From sequence record OR513085.1: a stretch of 64,000 bases of DNA, one strand, 5' to 3'. The position numbers and the translations under genes were made by a program. Positions within the stretch are counted from its first letter, which is position 1, and every line of letters begins with the position of its first letter. Below, one piece after another: positions 1 to 9,343 of this stretch. The notes under the pieces were generated by a model, which worked only from the letters and a program-made list of their open reading frames with translations, was not told the origin of the DNA and did no database searches.

Positions 1-2
1 TA

Positions 3-971
3 CGTAATAACGGAGATTTATTCCCAAGGGCTATACTTGAACCTGTTGAACTAGATGGCTCAACAGTTAGGCATGCATCGTTATTCAACTATGGAAATAT
101 GCTTAAACAAGGACTATTCCCAGGAGCTGAAGTTATTGTCGTAAAATCTGGTGACATTATTCCGGATATCGAAATGGTTTTGGTAAGATCAGAGGAAACT
201 CAGGGGTTCAAGGACGAATATGAATTGAACGAATGTGTTTATGATGGAGTTAACCTAAAATCCAACAGAGATGTAACTGCAAAAAGATTCACTGCAGGAT
301 GTAACTGGCTAGGATTCAAAGATGCAGGACATGCAATGTTTGTTAAACTATTCGATGCAGGCTATAACACAACAATGGACCTTTTTAAATTTGACAAAGA
401 CGCATTCATTGAAAAGTATGGAAACAACAAAACATCCAACAATATTTCAGATCAGATTTTATCCAAGTTTTCCAAAATGAACCTAGCAGCATTGATTGGC
501 TCTTTAAGATTCCCAGGAATTGGAAACACGATGTCCGGAGTACTTGCAGATGCTATAAAACAATATGCTAATTCAAATATGCTAATGGATAGCAATCTAA
601 ACGAATTAATTTTAGACAATACTGATGGTATCAATAAATGGGCTAGAACATTTCTTGACTCAGAAGTATTTGAACAATTAATTAAATGCATTATTATTTT
701 TGATGAACGAATTGATTGGTCTACTGAAGTTAAGCAAGAAGTTTCTGCAGATGCCTTGAAAATTATGATGACTGGTTCACCAAAAAACTTCGGTTACAAA
801 ACAAAAGATGTATTCATGGCTTACTTAACTGAGAAAGGAATTGATTTTGTAGAGGTTGGCAAAATTGCAGAATGCGATGTTCTTATTGCAGACTCAGTTG
901 ATGGAAACTCTTCAAAATTGAAGGACGCTAGAAACAAAGGAAAAGAAATCAAAACATATGGCGATTTTTAA
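3..971 (+). CDS. ligA: NAD-dependent DNA ligase, C-terminal part (OB, HhH, BRCT); 5' truncated by window
   Basis: Frame open from base 3: RNNGDLFPRAILEPVELDGSTVRHASLFNY...VVKSGDIIPDI matches LigA OB motifs (PVAxLEPV, ATLHN, RAGDVIP); IGSLRFPGIG HhH; C-terminal BRCT-like IMMTGSP...SSKLKDARNKGKEI. Confidence 0.9.
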   Translation, partial: RNNGDLFPRAILEPVELDGSTVRHASLFNYGNMLKQGLFPGAEVIVVKSGDIIPDIEMVLVRSEETQGFKDEYELNECVYDGVNLKSNRDVTAKRFTAGCNWLGFKDAGHAMFVKLFDAGYNTTMDLFKFDKDAFIEKYGNNKTSNNISDQILSKFSKMNLAALIGSLRFPGIGNTMSGVLADAIKQYANSNMLMDSNLNELILDNTDGINKWARTFLDSEVFEQLIKCIIIFDERIDWSTEVKQEVSADALKIMMTGSPKNFGYKTKDVFMAYLTEKGIDFVEVGKIAECDVLIADSVDGNSSKLKDARNKGKEIKTYGDF

Positions 972-1039
972 TCGCAAATTTTGAAACAATATGGCGACTA
1001 TTAGTAGTCGCCATTAAAACAAAATACACATACAAAAAC

Positions 1040-1756
1040 ATGAACACTACACCATTTTACGTAGAGCACAAACGTGCAGCATCCGACTACTTTGAATTGT
1101 TAAGAACTGTGCTTGACGAATTCAAAATTGCAAAAGGCATGGGTAACTTACTAGCCTTGATTAGACTTATTGACTTGGAAAACTTCCTAGCCAATGCAAC
1201 ACCAGAATTTATACGTGATGAAGACTTAGCCAGGCTACTTGACGACTTAGGAATTTCATACGACTTCGTTATATTTGCAAACAATTCTGAATATAAGCCA
1301 AACAATTTGGATAGCATTAGCAAAGATAACGTACTAGAAGCTAATACTATTGAAGCTACTAATGTTACGTTGATACAACATCACAATGTTACATTCAAAT
1401 CTGAAATTTTGGACAAGCGCACATTTAATGATGATGCATTAAAGGATACGATAAGTATAGTTTACAGATTGCCAGAATCTGCAGATATTAGTTCAATTCA
1501 AGACTATCCGCAAATGCTAACAATTAATTATACAGTTGCTTCTGATGATGTAACGCCGGCTGACCATATGGATGTTATGATGCTAACGTTTTACAAAACT
1601 AACGTACACTTAGTTGAGAACTTCCTAGAAATGCCAGGTCAATACATTGGCAACTCTGTATTCTTCGACAGTAATGGTGGCATACATAACTATGCAGTAT
1701 ACTTAGAAACTGAGGTTGAACTTGACGGTGATGCTGAAGAAGTTACAGAGGACTAG
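1040..1756 (+). CDS. acidic hypothetical protein
   Basis: 238-aa ORF, ATG after A-rich leader. Confidence 0.7.
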   Translation: MNTTPFYVEHKRAASDYFELLRTVLDEFKIAKGMGNLLALIRLIDLENFLANATPEFIRDEDLARLLDDLGISYDFVIFANNSEYKPNNLDSISKDNVLEANTIEATNVTLIQHHNVTFKSEILDKRTFNDDALKDTISIVYRLPESADISSIQDYPQMLTINYTVASDDVTPADHMDVMMLTFYKTNVHLVENFLEMPGQYIGNSVFFDSNGGIHNYAVYLETEVELDGDAEEVTED

Positions 1757-1786
1757 TAAAAGTTTTTAAAAATAGTTTCCCAAATG

Positions 1787-1818
1787 TTTTCACGTTTGGG
1801 AATTTTTGTTTATATTTA
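1787..1818 (+). promoter_or_regulatory. early/middle-type promoter (Bacteroidota -7-like)
   Basis: TTTTCACGTTTG-N12-TATATTTA. Confidence 0.7.
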
Positions 1819-1842
1819 CATAACAATAAAAATTTAAAAATA

Positions 1843-2217
1843 ATGAACAAACCAGTATATCCAAAATTTGTAGTACTAAATGATGGCCAAGAGACTATAA
1901 TTGTGGCAGGAATGTGTACGTATCACAGAGAACTGTTTAACGAAAAGCACTTCAATTGCATAGGCGGAGGATGGTTCAAATGGGATCGTCAAGCCGGAAT
2001 TTTTCAGATGTATAGTAACTCAGATCAGTTTGGTTATGCAGATATACGAATTGTTGAGGATTGCATAGCAGAAGGTAAAGTTTATACTTCATCAAGGAAA
2101 CACCGAAAACTTGATCTTTCGCAAATGTCAAGAATTACTTTTACTTCAGCATTAGTTCCTGATTTGAACTATACTAACTTGGACATTCCTGAAGTTTTGG
2201 CATACACAACTAACTAA
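1843..2217 (+). CDS. hypothetical protein
   Basis: 124-aa ORF directly after promoter. Confidence 0.7.
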   Translation: MNKPVYPKFVVLNDGQETIIVAGMCTYHRELFNEKHFNCIGGGWFKWDRQAGIFQMYSNSDQFGYADIRIVEDCIAEGKVYTSSRKHRKLDLSQMSRITFTSALVPDLNYTNLDIPEVLAYTTN

Positions 2218-2243
2218 AAACTAACCCAAATATATTTTAGCCT

Positions 2244-2459
2244 ATGAATTTTAATCGCTTTTACAAAAGACTTTTGAAAAAATGTGTAACTCTAACTACA
2301 ATTCTTATGGGAATTTGGTTGATGCTATTTCTTAATGGAGTTGACTCAATGGTTCAATACATTACTTCGATATCCGTAGTCGTCGGATATTTTGCAGGAG
2401 GTATAACAATGGTAAAAGAAATTAAAACGGGCATGGTAGCCGAATCTACCAACATCTAA
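2244..2459 (+). CDS. small 2-TM membrane protein
   Basis: two hydrophobic segments, basic N-terminus. Confidence 0.6.
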   Translation: MNFNRFYKRLLKKCVTLTTILMGIWLMLFLNGVDSMVQYITSISVVVGYFAGGITMVKEIKTGMVAESTNI

Positions 2460-2464
2460 AAACC

Positions 2465-2501
2465 AAATGGCTATTTGTACTAATTACAAATAGCCATTTT
2501 T
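2465..2501 (+). terminator. intrinsic terminator
   Basis: AAATGGCTATTTGTA-ctaat-TACAAATAGCCATTT then T-run. Confidence 0.8.
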
Positions 2502-2523
2502 GTTAAAAATAGTTGCCAAAATG

Positions 2524-2555
2524 TTTTCATATGTCGAAAATTATGCCTATATTTA
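2524..2555 (+). promoter_or_regulatory. early/middle-type promoter, TTGC class
   Basis: TTTTCATATGTC-N12-TATATTTA; TTGC at 2513. Confidence 0.8.
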
Positions 2556-2622
2556 TACTATAATTAATTAATAATTGAACTAAAGGTTCTATAAAAATAA
2601 AACAATAAAAATCATTTAAGTT

Positions 2623-2841
2623 ATGACTACAGCAGAATTAAAAAACGGAGTACTTGCAGAAGGTTTACAATTTTTAGTAAACAATTTTAAATTGCAAACT
2701 ATTGTTCCTGAATACAACACTATAACTCACTACTTTGAAGGAGGACTTAGATTAGTTTCTAAAGGCGGTGGTTGTTCTGGCGAAGACTTTTTAGACACTA
2801 CACTATATAATGCTGAAGGCGAAACTATAGCAGTTTGGTAA
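2623..2841 (+). CDS. hypothetical protein
   Basis: 72-aa ORF after promoter. Confidence 0.65.
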   Translation: MTTAELKNGVLAEGLQFLVNNFKLQTIVPEYNTITHYFEGGLRLVSKGGGCSGEDFLDTTLYNAEGETIAVW

Positions 2842-2876
2842 TTTTTAAAACTCAACAAAATAAAAAATAATATAGC

Positions 2877-3443
2877 ATGACAATGACAGAAATGAACGAC
2901 GAGCTACGTAATAGCATATTTAGTAAGGACGTTAACAACATCGACGACATCATAAAACGTAGCTTAAACATACTAGGTGACCGAACATTCCTAGTTTACA
3001 AAGGCACTACTAATAGTGACAATCCGCAACAATTCTATGTAACTTTAGAACTTACTGGCAGTCACTTAACTATTAAATTCTACCATGGCAAAGTTACTAG
3101 GCTTAACGATTGTGCTGCATACTTAAACATTAAAACTGTTTTTGATGATGGCAAAAAATTTACGTCATATACTACATTCAATATTGGTAGTGTACCTTAC
3201 ATTCAACATTTTCTAAGTATAGCTAAAATCGATGACTGGATGACTTTGCCTGAATTTGAAGTATCTAAATTTTCGCTAGGCGACAAAATGCTACATCAAT
3301 ATGCAACTACCGTACAAAACATGCCTGATTGGAAAACATTAGTAGCGGGCAAAAATCCTGATATGCTAGAAAGTCTTTACAAAATGGCAATCGAATGGTA
3401 CTTCAATGGTTCGCCAAAAGATCATAACGTTAACAATCACTAA
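2877..3443 (+). CDS. hypothetical protein
   Basis: 188-aa ORF. Confidence 0.7.
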   Translation: MTMTEMNDELRNSIFSKDVNNIDDIIKRSLNILGDRTFLVYKGTTNSDNPQQFYVTLELTGSHLTIKFYHGKVTRLNDCAAYLNIKTVFDDGKKFTSYTTFNIGSVPYIQHFLSIAKIDDWMTLPEFEVSKFSLGDKMLHQYATTVQNMPDWKTLVAGKNPDMLESLYKMAIEWYFNGSPKDHNVNNH

Positions 3444-3446
3444 GCT

Positions 3447-3635
3447 ATGACACTAACAGAACAAATTATAGCAGGAATTATCGTAGGTTTGTTTTCTTCG
3501 CCATTTTTCCTAATGCTTTTTGTACAGCCAGGAATTCATGGCGCTAAGGAATATTCAAACAAATTTCTATTGACTATGTTATTGTTGTACTTAGTTGTAG
3601 TAGACATCATATCAGTGCTTTTCTTTTTCGACTAA
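3447..3635 (+). CDS. small 2-TM membrane protein
   Basis: two hydrophobic stretches. Confidence 0.6.
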   Translation: MTLTEQIIAGIIVGLFSSPFFLMLFVQPGIHGAKEYSNKFLLTMLLLYLVVVDIISVLFFFD

Positions 3636-3652
3636 CAAAAATCAAAATCATC

Positions 3653-4378
3653 ATGACATTTACAATAACATTTCAGCGTAATGAACGTAACTACATAATT
3701 ACTTCATGTCGCAAAACATACAAATATTTAGCAAACGGTCACTATGGATTGTATAATCCAAGACCAAACAATCAGATTATCCTAGTAGATCGTAACAAAC
3801 TTGAATGCAAAACTGAAATTGGTGTACTAATTTGGTATCGCAAATTGGAAAGATTGCTAAACTTCTACGAAAGTTCGGCTAACATAACGTCATTACGTTT
3901 CGACATTAACAACGATAATTACGTTAAGCTTTCAATGGACACTGAGTTGTTACGTTACATAAAGCCTAACGACGACTACAGCTACATTGACGTTATTCAT
4001 GCTATGGCTAGACAAACATTACCAAAGGACAATCCAATTGTTTATTCGTTGAACAAAAATAATCCAAGCTTTTTCAAAATGCTACCAAGGGAGTTTATGA
4101 AGCTACTAAAGGCCGAGTTTGACCACAAATTTCCAGGCTTTATTTGTGAAATTTTCAAATGTTGGGAAGGTCAGCATTATGAATTGCAATCCAGACTTTT
4201 TGCAGAAACTGTAGCAGGTCTTGATATTGCCAGATCGAATGGCTATAAAGCTGCATGGAAATGGGCCAATGATGCAGACAGAGCTTTCCGTAAATACTTT
4301 GGTTTTAGTGAATTATTAGTATTTAGCGAAATATCTATTAACATTAGGGCTGTCGAACGTTACGAAAGCCTAGCATAG
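3653..4378 (+). CDS. hypothetical protein
   Basis: 241-aa ORF. Confidence 0.7.
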   Translation: MTFTITFQRNERNYIITSCRKTYKYLANGHYGLYNPRPNNQIILVDRNKLECKTEIGVLIWYRKLERLLNFYESSANITSLRFDINNDNYVKLSMDTELLRYIKPNDDYSYIDVIHAMARQTLPKDNPIVYSLNKNNPSFFKMLPREFMKLLKAEFDHKFPGFICEIFKCWEGQHYELQSRLFAETVAGLDIARSNGYKAAWKWANDADRAFRKYFGFSELLVFSEISINIRAVERYESLA

Positions 4379-4423
4379 TGTAGCCAAATACATATTACAT
4401 AACCACTAATAAAATTAAGTGAT

Positions 4424-4705
4424 ATGGCTAATACAGTTTTCAAAGACTTACGTACTAATGAAGTAACGTTAGTAACTACAAATGCTAAACTTTATGATGG
4501 CATTGTAAATGGAAGAGTTAAACCACTAATTGGTGATGAACGACTACAAATTGACAATGTCAAAGTTAAAAGTTCAGATCACTGGAAGTCATACCACTTA
4601 AAGTTAAGGGAACGTTTAGCTAATGATGCTAACGTTGAACTACTAGAACACTTAAACACATACATAAAAAATGACAAAACTAAAAACAAGCTGGCTGTTA
4701 GCTAA
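4424..4705 (+). CDS. hypothetical protein
   Basis: 93-aa ORF. Confidence 0.6.
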   Translation: MANTVFKDLRTNEVTLVTTNAKLYDGIVNGRVKPLIGDERLQIDNVKVKSSDHWKSYHLKLRERLANDANVELLEHLNTYIKNDKTKNKLAVS

Positions 4706-5243
4706 GTCAAAGTTTGCTGAAAGTTTGGCTGACTTTTTCAATGCCAAGCTTTGCAAAGTTAAACAAGCTATAGAAGCTAAGCATAGAGGCCAGGCTATAG
4801 AGGCTGCACGTGAACGTATACGTAGGAAGCAAATTTGCATTATTCCTATGACATCATTTACTAATGAAACTGAACGTCACTTACGAGGTTACTATCTTGA
4901 AGGTCCTGTAATGATTGACCAAACTATACTGGCAGACTCTTCAGTTATGGGAAATAGCCTGGCCGATCTAAGCATACATTTTAGATGCAGAGGTAACAAA
5001 AATATGTCGGAGCATAAGCTAGCTGAAACGTTAGCAATGTGCGATGGAACATTACTAGTTTATGACAGACGTCGAATGGAATACATGTCCAGGCTAATTA
5101 TTGAGGCTAACGTAAGGCTTACGTTAGCATTGCATAGCAAAACGTCTTTAAGCTATAAGCTACTACAAAAGCTACATAACTATTTTGTAGACCTAGAAAA
5201 CAAAACAAACACAGAACTATATGAACAAGTGTTCAAATCTTAA
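4671..5243 (+). CDS. hypothetical protein
   Basis: 190-aa ORF overlapping previous gene by 35 nt. Confidence 0.65.
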   Translation: MTKLKTSWLLAKSKFAESLADFFNAKLCKVKQAIEAKHRGQAIEAARERIRRKQICIIPMTSFTNETERHLRGYYLEGPVMIDQTILADSSVMGNSLADLSIHFRCRGNKNMSEHKLAETLAMCDGTLLVYDRRRMEYMSRLIIEANVRLTLALHSKTSLSYKLLQKLHNYFVDLENKTNTELYEQVFKS

Positions 5244-5249
5244 AACGAT

Positions 5250-5702
5250 ATGAAGAAGTTTTTCTTAAAGAAGCAACGCGAGGAGCTTGAAGTCGATGAC
5301 TTTTCAGGCTACGATATGCCAGAAAATCAACAAATGCTAAACGAAGCAGGAAACATAGCAACTGACATTATTGACATTGGTCATGGCGATCGTAAAATTT
5401 TTGCAACCGTCAATGGCAAAACTGCAGGAGAGCTTTATCTTTTTCCTGAAAAGGGACAGCTACATATTGAACTTGTAAAAGTATTGCCTAATTTCAGAGG
5501 CCAAGGTATTGCAGGAATTCTACTTGAAAGGGCTGTCGAAGTTTCCAAAACTGAACGTAAAGACATAACGCTCATGGCTAGTCCTGTAGGCAAAGATGCC
5601 AGCTTAAGCAAGGACCAGTTAGTTAAACTTTATGGAAAGTACGGATTCAAAGTTTACGATGATTCCGATGAGCTTAATACTTACATGATTCGCAGACATT
5701 AA
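5250..5702 (+). CDS. GNAT-family acetyltransferase
   Basis: Acetyl-CoA motif A VKVLPNFRGQGIAGILLERAV; C-terminal LVKLYGKYGF. Confidence 0.85.
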   Translation: MKKFFLKKQREELEVDDFSGYDMPENQQMLNEAGNIATDIIDIGHGDRKIFATVNGKTAGELYLFPEKGQLHIELVKVLPNFRGQGIAGILLERAVEVSKTERKDITLMASPVGKDASLSKDQLVKLYGKYGFKVYDDSDELNTYMIRRH

Positions 5703-5703
5703 C

Positions 5704-5738
5704 AAAATGCCATTTTAGACGTCTAAAATGGCATTTTT
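5704..5738 (+). terminator. intrinsic terminator
   Basis: perfect palindrome AAAATGCCATTTTAG-acgt-CTAAAATGGCATTTT. Confidence 0.8.
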
Positions 5739-5785
5739 ATTTTTCATATGAAAGTTTAACAAAACTTTATACCTTTGGTAAAAAA

Positions 5786-5841
5786 TTAACGTAATTTTAA
5801 CATTTTATGTTTTAATATGTCATAAAAAATTCTTAAATTTA
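5786..5841 (+). promoter_or_regulatory. promoter, TTAACA class
   Basis: TTAACG-N5-TTAACA, TTTTAATATGTC-N12-TAAATTTA; first 36 bp identical to 21938-21973. Confidence 0.8.
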
Positions 5842-5895
5842 CTATAACAAAATTAAACAATTTGAAGTACAAACCTAAACTTAAAACTTTACAAA

Positions 5896-6096
5896 ATGAC
5901 AACAATATTAACAACCACAGAAATTTACGCTATCTACGCTATTACCGTAGCAATATTTTTACTCACTGACTATGTAACAATTGGTAAGTCTGGAGCTTTA
6001 AGAAAAGCAATGACTATTACAAGAAGACTTGCAGGAGCTGCATTCATTGCAGTATTGCTGCTACAAATTATCCAATACTACTTACAGTCTAAATAA
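5896..6096 (+). CDS. small 2-TM membrane protein
   Basis: two hydrophobic helices. Confidence 0.6.
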   Translation: MTTILTTTEIYAIYAITVAIFLLTDYVTIGKSGALRKAMTITRRLAGAAFIAVLLLQIIQYYLQSK

Positions 6097-6104
6097 CAAT
6101 TGAC

Positions 6105-6323
6105 ATGACAAAATTAATGAATGCTTTAGCAAAGCTAGCTTCTCTAGGACATCCGTTCTATTACAGAATTGCGGTTACTCCGCAAAGCATTGAACTAAAA
6201 GTTTCTTATTGCCACAAAGGTTCTACACAACCTGCAGAAGACAACTACGTAGTTTCAAACACTGAAGCAACTAGAGAACGCCTAACTAAAGCAGTTACCA
6301 AAATAGTTAACTCACACAAATAA
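6105..6323 (+). CDS. hypothetical protein
   Basis: 72-aa ORF. Confidence 0.6.
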   Translation: MTKLMNALAKLASLGHPFYYRIAVTPQSIELKVSYCHKGSTQPAEDNYVVSNTEATRERLTKAVTKIVNSHK

Positions 6324-6335
6324 AAATAATGCATC

Positions 6336-8093
6336 ATGGGACGATACAATTTTAACATAACTGGCGATTACCTTGAAAACTTTATGAAAGACTGCTTTAA
6401 GTCAGGTTCTTTCAAAACATTCTACGAACTATGCCAAGACAACGGGTTTGACGAAGCTACTACAAAACATTGCTTTACTTTAGCATTTACTATGCAAGGT
6501 GAAAGCCGTGAAGATACTTTGTCGATCGACATTAACGTAGAACAACCAGAAGACTATGCAGAAATACTTTGGACCGGCTTAAAATCTTCAATACCTTTGG
6601 AATATTCAGACTTTAAGCATGAACTTGCATGGTACAGATTATTTGAATCTGACGAATCTTTGGATTTGTATTTCAGAAGACATCCTGCAGCTTTAGGAAA
6701 TATTTGCAGACTAGTACAATATGTTTCACGTGAAACAATAGTAAGCTTACTACGTGATAAGTTCTTTGCAGAGGAAGGTTACGAAGTTACTACGTTAGCT
6801 AAAGAAATTATGGCTGACAGATCATACGGAGTTAACGGGGTAATTGCTCAGGACGGTAAATTCTTAGCATGCGGATTCCAAGATCACATCAATATGCTAC
6901 CAGTAGCCAAGTCACTAGGATTAGTTGAAACTGACGATATAATGGCCGGCAGAGAATCTAATGCTATTCATATTTCCAGCAATAGCTACTCAGGTGGTGC
7001 TTCACATTACTTTAGCTCACCAGAATATTACGACTACTATGATGATCGTAAAATTAGCAATGAACAAATTGAAACTGTTTGGAATTCTGTAGACGAACTA
7101 AACCGATTTTATTTGAACAATTCTGGCTTAGTTACTGTAGGCGATTCATGTATGAAACTTTATGCAGGCAATGCTAACAGTGGTGCTAAATTTGGCAACT
7201 TAGAGTTCCTAAAGAATATTGTTAAGTTGGAAGAACGTTTCGACATTAAATTGCCTAGCTATGCTAACGTACTAACTGATGAACTAACTAATGCAGAAGC
7301 TATGATTGTTAGAACGTCACCAAAGAAAAGTATGCCAGGATTGTTAGAATCTATTGTAGTTATAGAACCTACGTTGAACAAAATTGGCAAAGCATGTGAA
7401 CAAATTGAAGCAGACTTTGAAAAGCATAATACTAGCGGACGTAACAAAATTCACTTCATGTTCCAGGAATTTATTGAAGGTGTTAATGGTGTGGCACATA
7501 TTGACTACTACCAAGCTATGGAAACTGGTGATTACAGACACCAAGGAGTAAATTTTAGATATGCTGCCTCAGAAAAACAAGGAGACATAGTAAACGGTGT
7601 TAAAAGTTCAACTGCAATATCATACGAAAATGCAGTAAAGCTTGAAAAGTTTATGAAGTTAATGGCTACCAGAATGTTTGCTAAAATTCAGGTAGAGTTT
7701 GTTGAGGACTTAAGTGGCCAACTTTATGTTCTACAAATAAGAACTTTCCTTAGCGAAAAAGTTACTAATGCTAGCAAAGAGCTATATGATAGCTATGCTA
7801 TACATGGCAAAACATTCTGCCAAGGTAACGCATACAAAGATGAACAAGTAATTTCGGTTAATGATGTACTTGTAGTAGATTCAGAGGCAACTTCCGAACA
7901 ACTTAAAGGCAAAAAATGTTTAATTGTCCTGGAAGATACTGACTTCTCGCATATCCTAGCATTGTCATATAATTTCAACATTCCGGCAATCTTTGCTATA
8001 CAAGAAAAGGACATATTCAAGAAAAAACTAAGTCAAAATAAGTACATAGTAGTTAATACTAGGTACCAAGAAGGCCTTATAAATTTTGTCTAA
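6336..8093 (+). CDS. PPDK/PEP-synthase-type ATP-grasp plus phospho-His swivel protein with unknown N-terminal domain
   Basis: GAKFGNLEFL (GGKxxNL), IVRTSPKKSMPGLLES (VRS..SMPG), FMFQEFIEGVNGVA, IQVEFV..GQLYVLQIRT, swivel SHILALSYNFNIPAIF (His539); no TIM barrel. Confidence 0.8.
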   Translation: MGRYNFNITGDYLENFMKDCFKSGSFKTFYELCQDNGFDEATTKHCFTLAFTMQGESREDTLSIDINVEQPEDYAEILWTGLKSSIPLEYSDFKHELAWYRLFESDESLDLYFRRHPAALGNICRLVQYVSRETIVSLLRDKFFAEEGYEVTTLAKEIMADRSYGVNGVIAQDGKFLACGFQDHINMLPVAKSLGLVETDDIMAGRESNAIHISSNSYSGGASHYFSSPEYYDYYDDRKISNEQIETVWNSVDELNRFYLNNSGLVTVGDSCMKLYAGNANSGAKFGNLEFLKNIVKLEERFDIKLPSYANVLTDELTNAEAMIVRTSPKKSMPGLLESIVVIEPTLNKIGKACEQIEADFEKHNTSGRNKIHFMFQEFIEGVNGVAHIDYYQAMETGDYRHQGVNFRYAASEKQGDIVNGVKSSTAISYENAVKLEKFMKLMATRMFAKIQVEFVEDLSGQLYVLQIRTFLSEKVTNASKELYDSYAIHGKTFCQGNAYKDEQVISVNDVLVVDSEATSEQLKGKKCLIVLEDTDFSHILALSYNFNIPAIFAIQEKDIFKKKLSQNKYIVVNTRYQEGLINFV

Positions 8094-8119
8094 TATTTAA
8101 CCTTTAATCAAAAAAGATC

Positions 8120-8590
8120 ATGAAATTAATTAAATCAAATAATGCCCTGCATGCACAAATAGAATCTCACGAAGAGTTATGCTACATGGAGGTACTGTTA
8201 CAGGTCGTATTCCGCGACATTTGCAAAGCATGCATAGAATCCGGTGAACCTCCATATAGGTACAATCACCTACTAGGAATGCTAAAAGGCCCGGCAAAAG
8301 CTACGTTTAGCCTGGCATGTATGTCTGCAGGAGTTGCTAAAATGTCAGAGTACACTGCACAAAAATTTACAACTGATCCGCTACTAAGCATGCAAAAATC
8401 CATGGATTCGTATATGTCTACACTTACAAAAACATTCATTAGACATGGTGAAGCATGCATTAGTATAGACTCAGGAGGCATACAATTCGGCCTTGAGGAA
8501 GCTGAAGTACTGGAAGAACTTAGTGCATTTCCAGGCTACACACTACAACTCGACAAATTTAGAGACTCGACATATTTCTGGACAGTATAA
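8120..8590 (+). CDS. hypothetical protein
   Basis: 156-aa ORF. Confidence 0.65.
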   Translation: MKLIKSNNALHAQIESHEELCYMEVLLQVVFRDICKACIESGEPPYRYNHLLGMLKGPAKATFSLACMSAGVAKMSEYTAQKFTTDPLLSMQKSMDSYMSTLTKTFIRHGEACISIDSGGIQFGLEEAEVLEELSAFPGYTLQLDKFRDSTYFWTV

Positions 8591-8603
8591 AAATTTAAAA
8601 CAC

Positions 8604-9305
8604 ATGACAAATAAAAAACACCAAGTAGTATATTTCAAAACTACTACAGGACGCTATGGAATTCATGCAGGCTTCCTAGTATTCAACAAAGAACAAATTA
8701 TCAAAACTATTAAAGACGACAGCTACTCTGGTAGTATACGTTACGGAATTGCAGACGGTAAAACTCAGTCTGGCCTACTTTCACAAATGCCAATAGAATT
8801 GTTTGAGTCGGAATTTCCTGACCACTTAAAGCTGTTTACAGCCAAACAAATTACTGCCAAGTTTTCAAAAGCTATTAGCGAAAAGTACGGAGAACATAAA
8901 ATAAAGGCCGCAATAAAAACGCTTAAGCCTTCTGAACTAAAACCAGGCTTCATTTATCAAGACAAAGACGGCCATAATGAAGTTTTCCTTGGCAAAGCTA
9001 CATGGACCGAAAGTCATACTAAAGCAAACAAAGCTAATGTAGAAAAAGAAGGTTATGCTTTTATGCGAATGTGGCAAATTACTCAAGGTACTGAAGACAC
9101 TAATGCAGAAAATGAACGTATGACCAGATGGGTAGATGTTCTTAAAACTAAACGCAAATACGTTAAGGAAGTCGGCAGGTTTGTTATGAAAAATATAAAG
9201 TCTGAGTATTCATATTATCGTGATGAACGTGGCTATATGTACCATGACCGTGATAAAATTGTCAATACTACTACATGGACACTAAAATTGCATGACTTTA
9301 CCTAG
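8604..9305 (+). CDS. hypothetical protein
   Basis: ATG at 8604 after A-rich leader; the track start at 8493 overlaps the upstream gene. Confidence 0.65.
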   Translation: MTNKKHQVVYFKTTTGRYGIHAGFLVFNKEQIIKTIKDDSYSGSIRYGIADGKTQSGLLSQMPIELFESEFPDHLKLFTAKQITAKFSKAISEKYGEHKIKAAIKTLKPSELKPGFIYQDKDGHNEVFLGKATWTESHTKANKANVEKEGYAFMRMWQITQGTEDTNAENERMTRWVDVLKTKRKYVKEVGRFVMKNIKSEYSYYRDERGYMYHDRDKIVNTTTWTLKLHDFT

Positions 9306-9343
9306 CTATTTTGTATTATAAAAACTAACAACAATACCTACAC

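Noticed and set aside
6336-8093. Annotation as PEP synthase/PPDK auxiliary metabolic gene
   Set aside because: The PEP/pyruvate-binding barrel is absent
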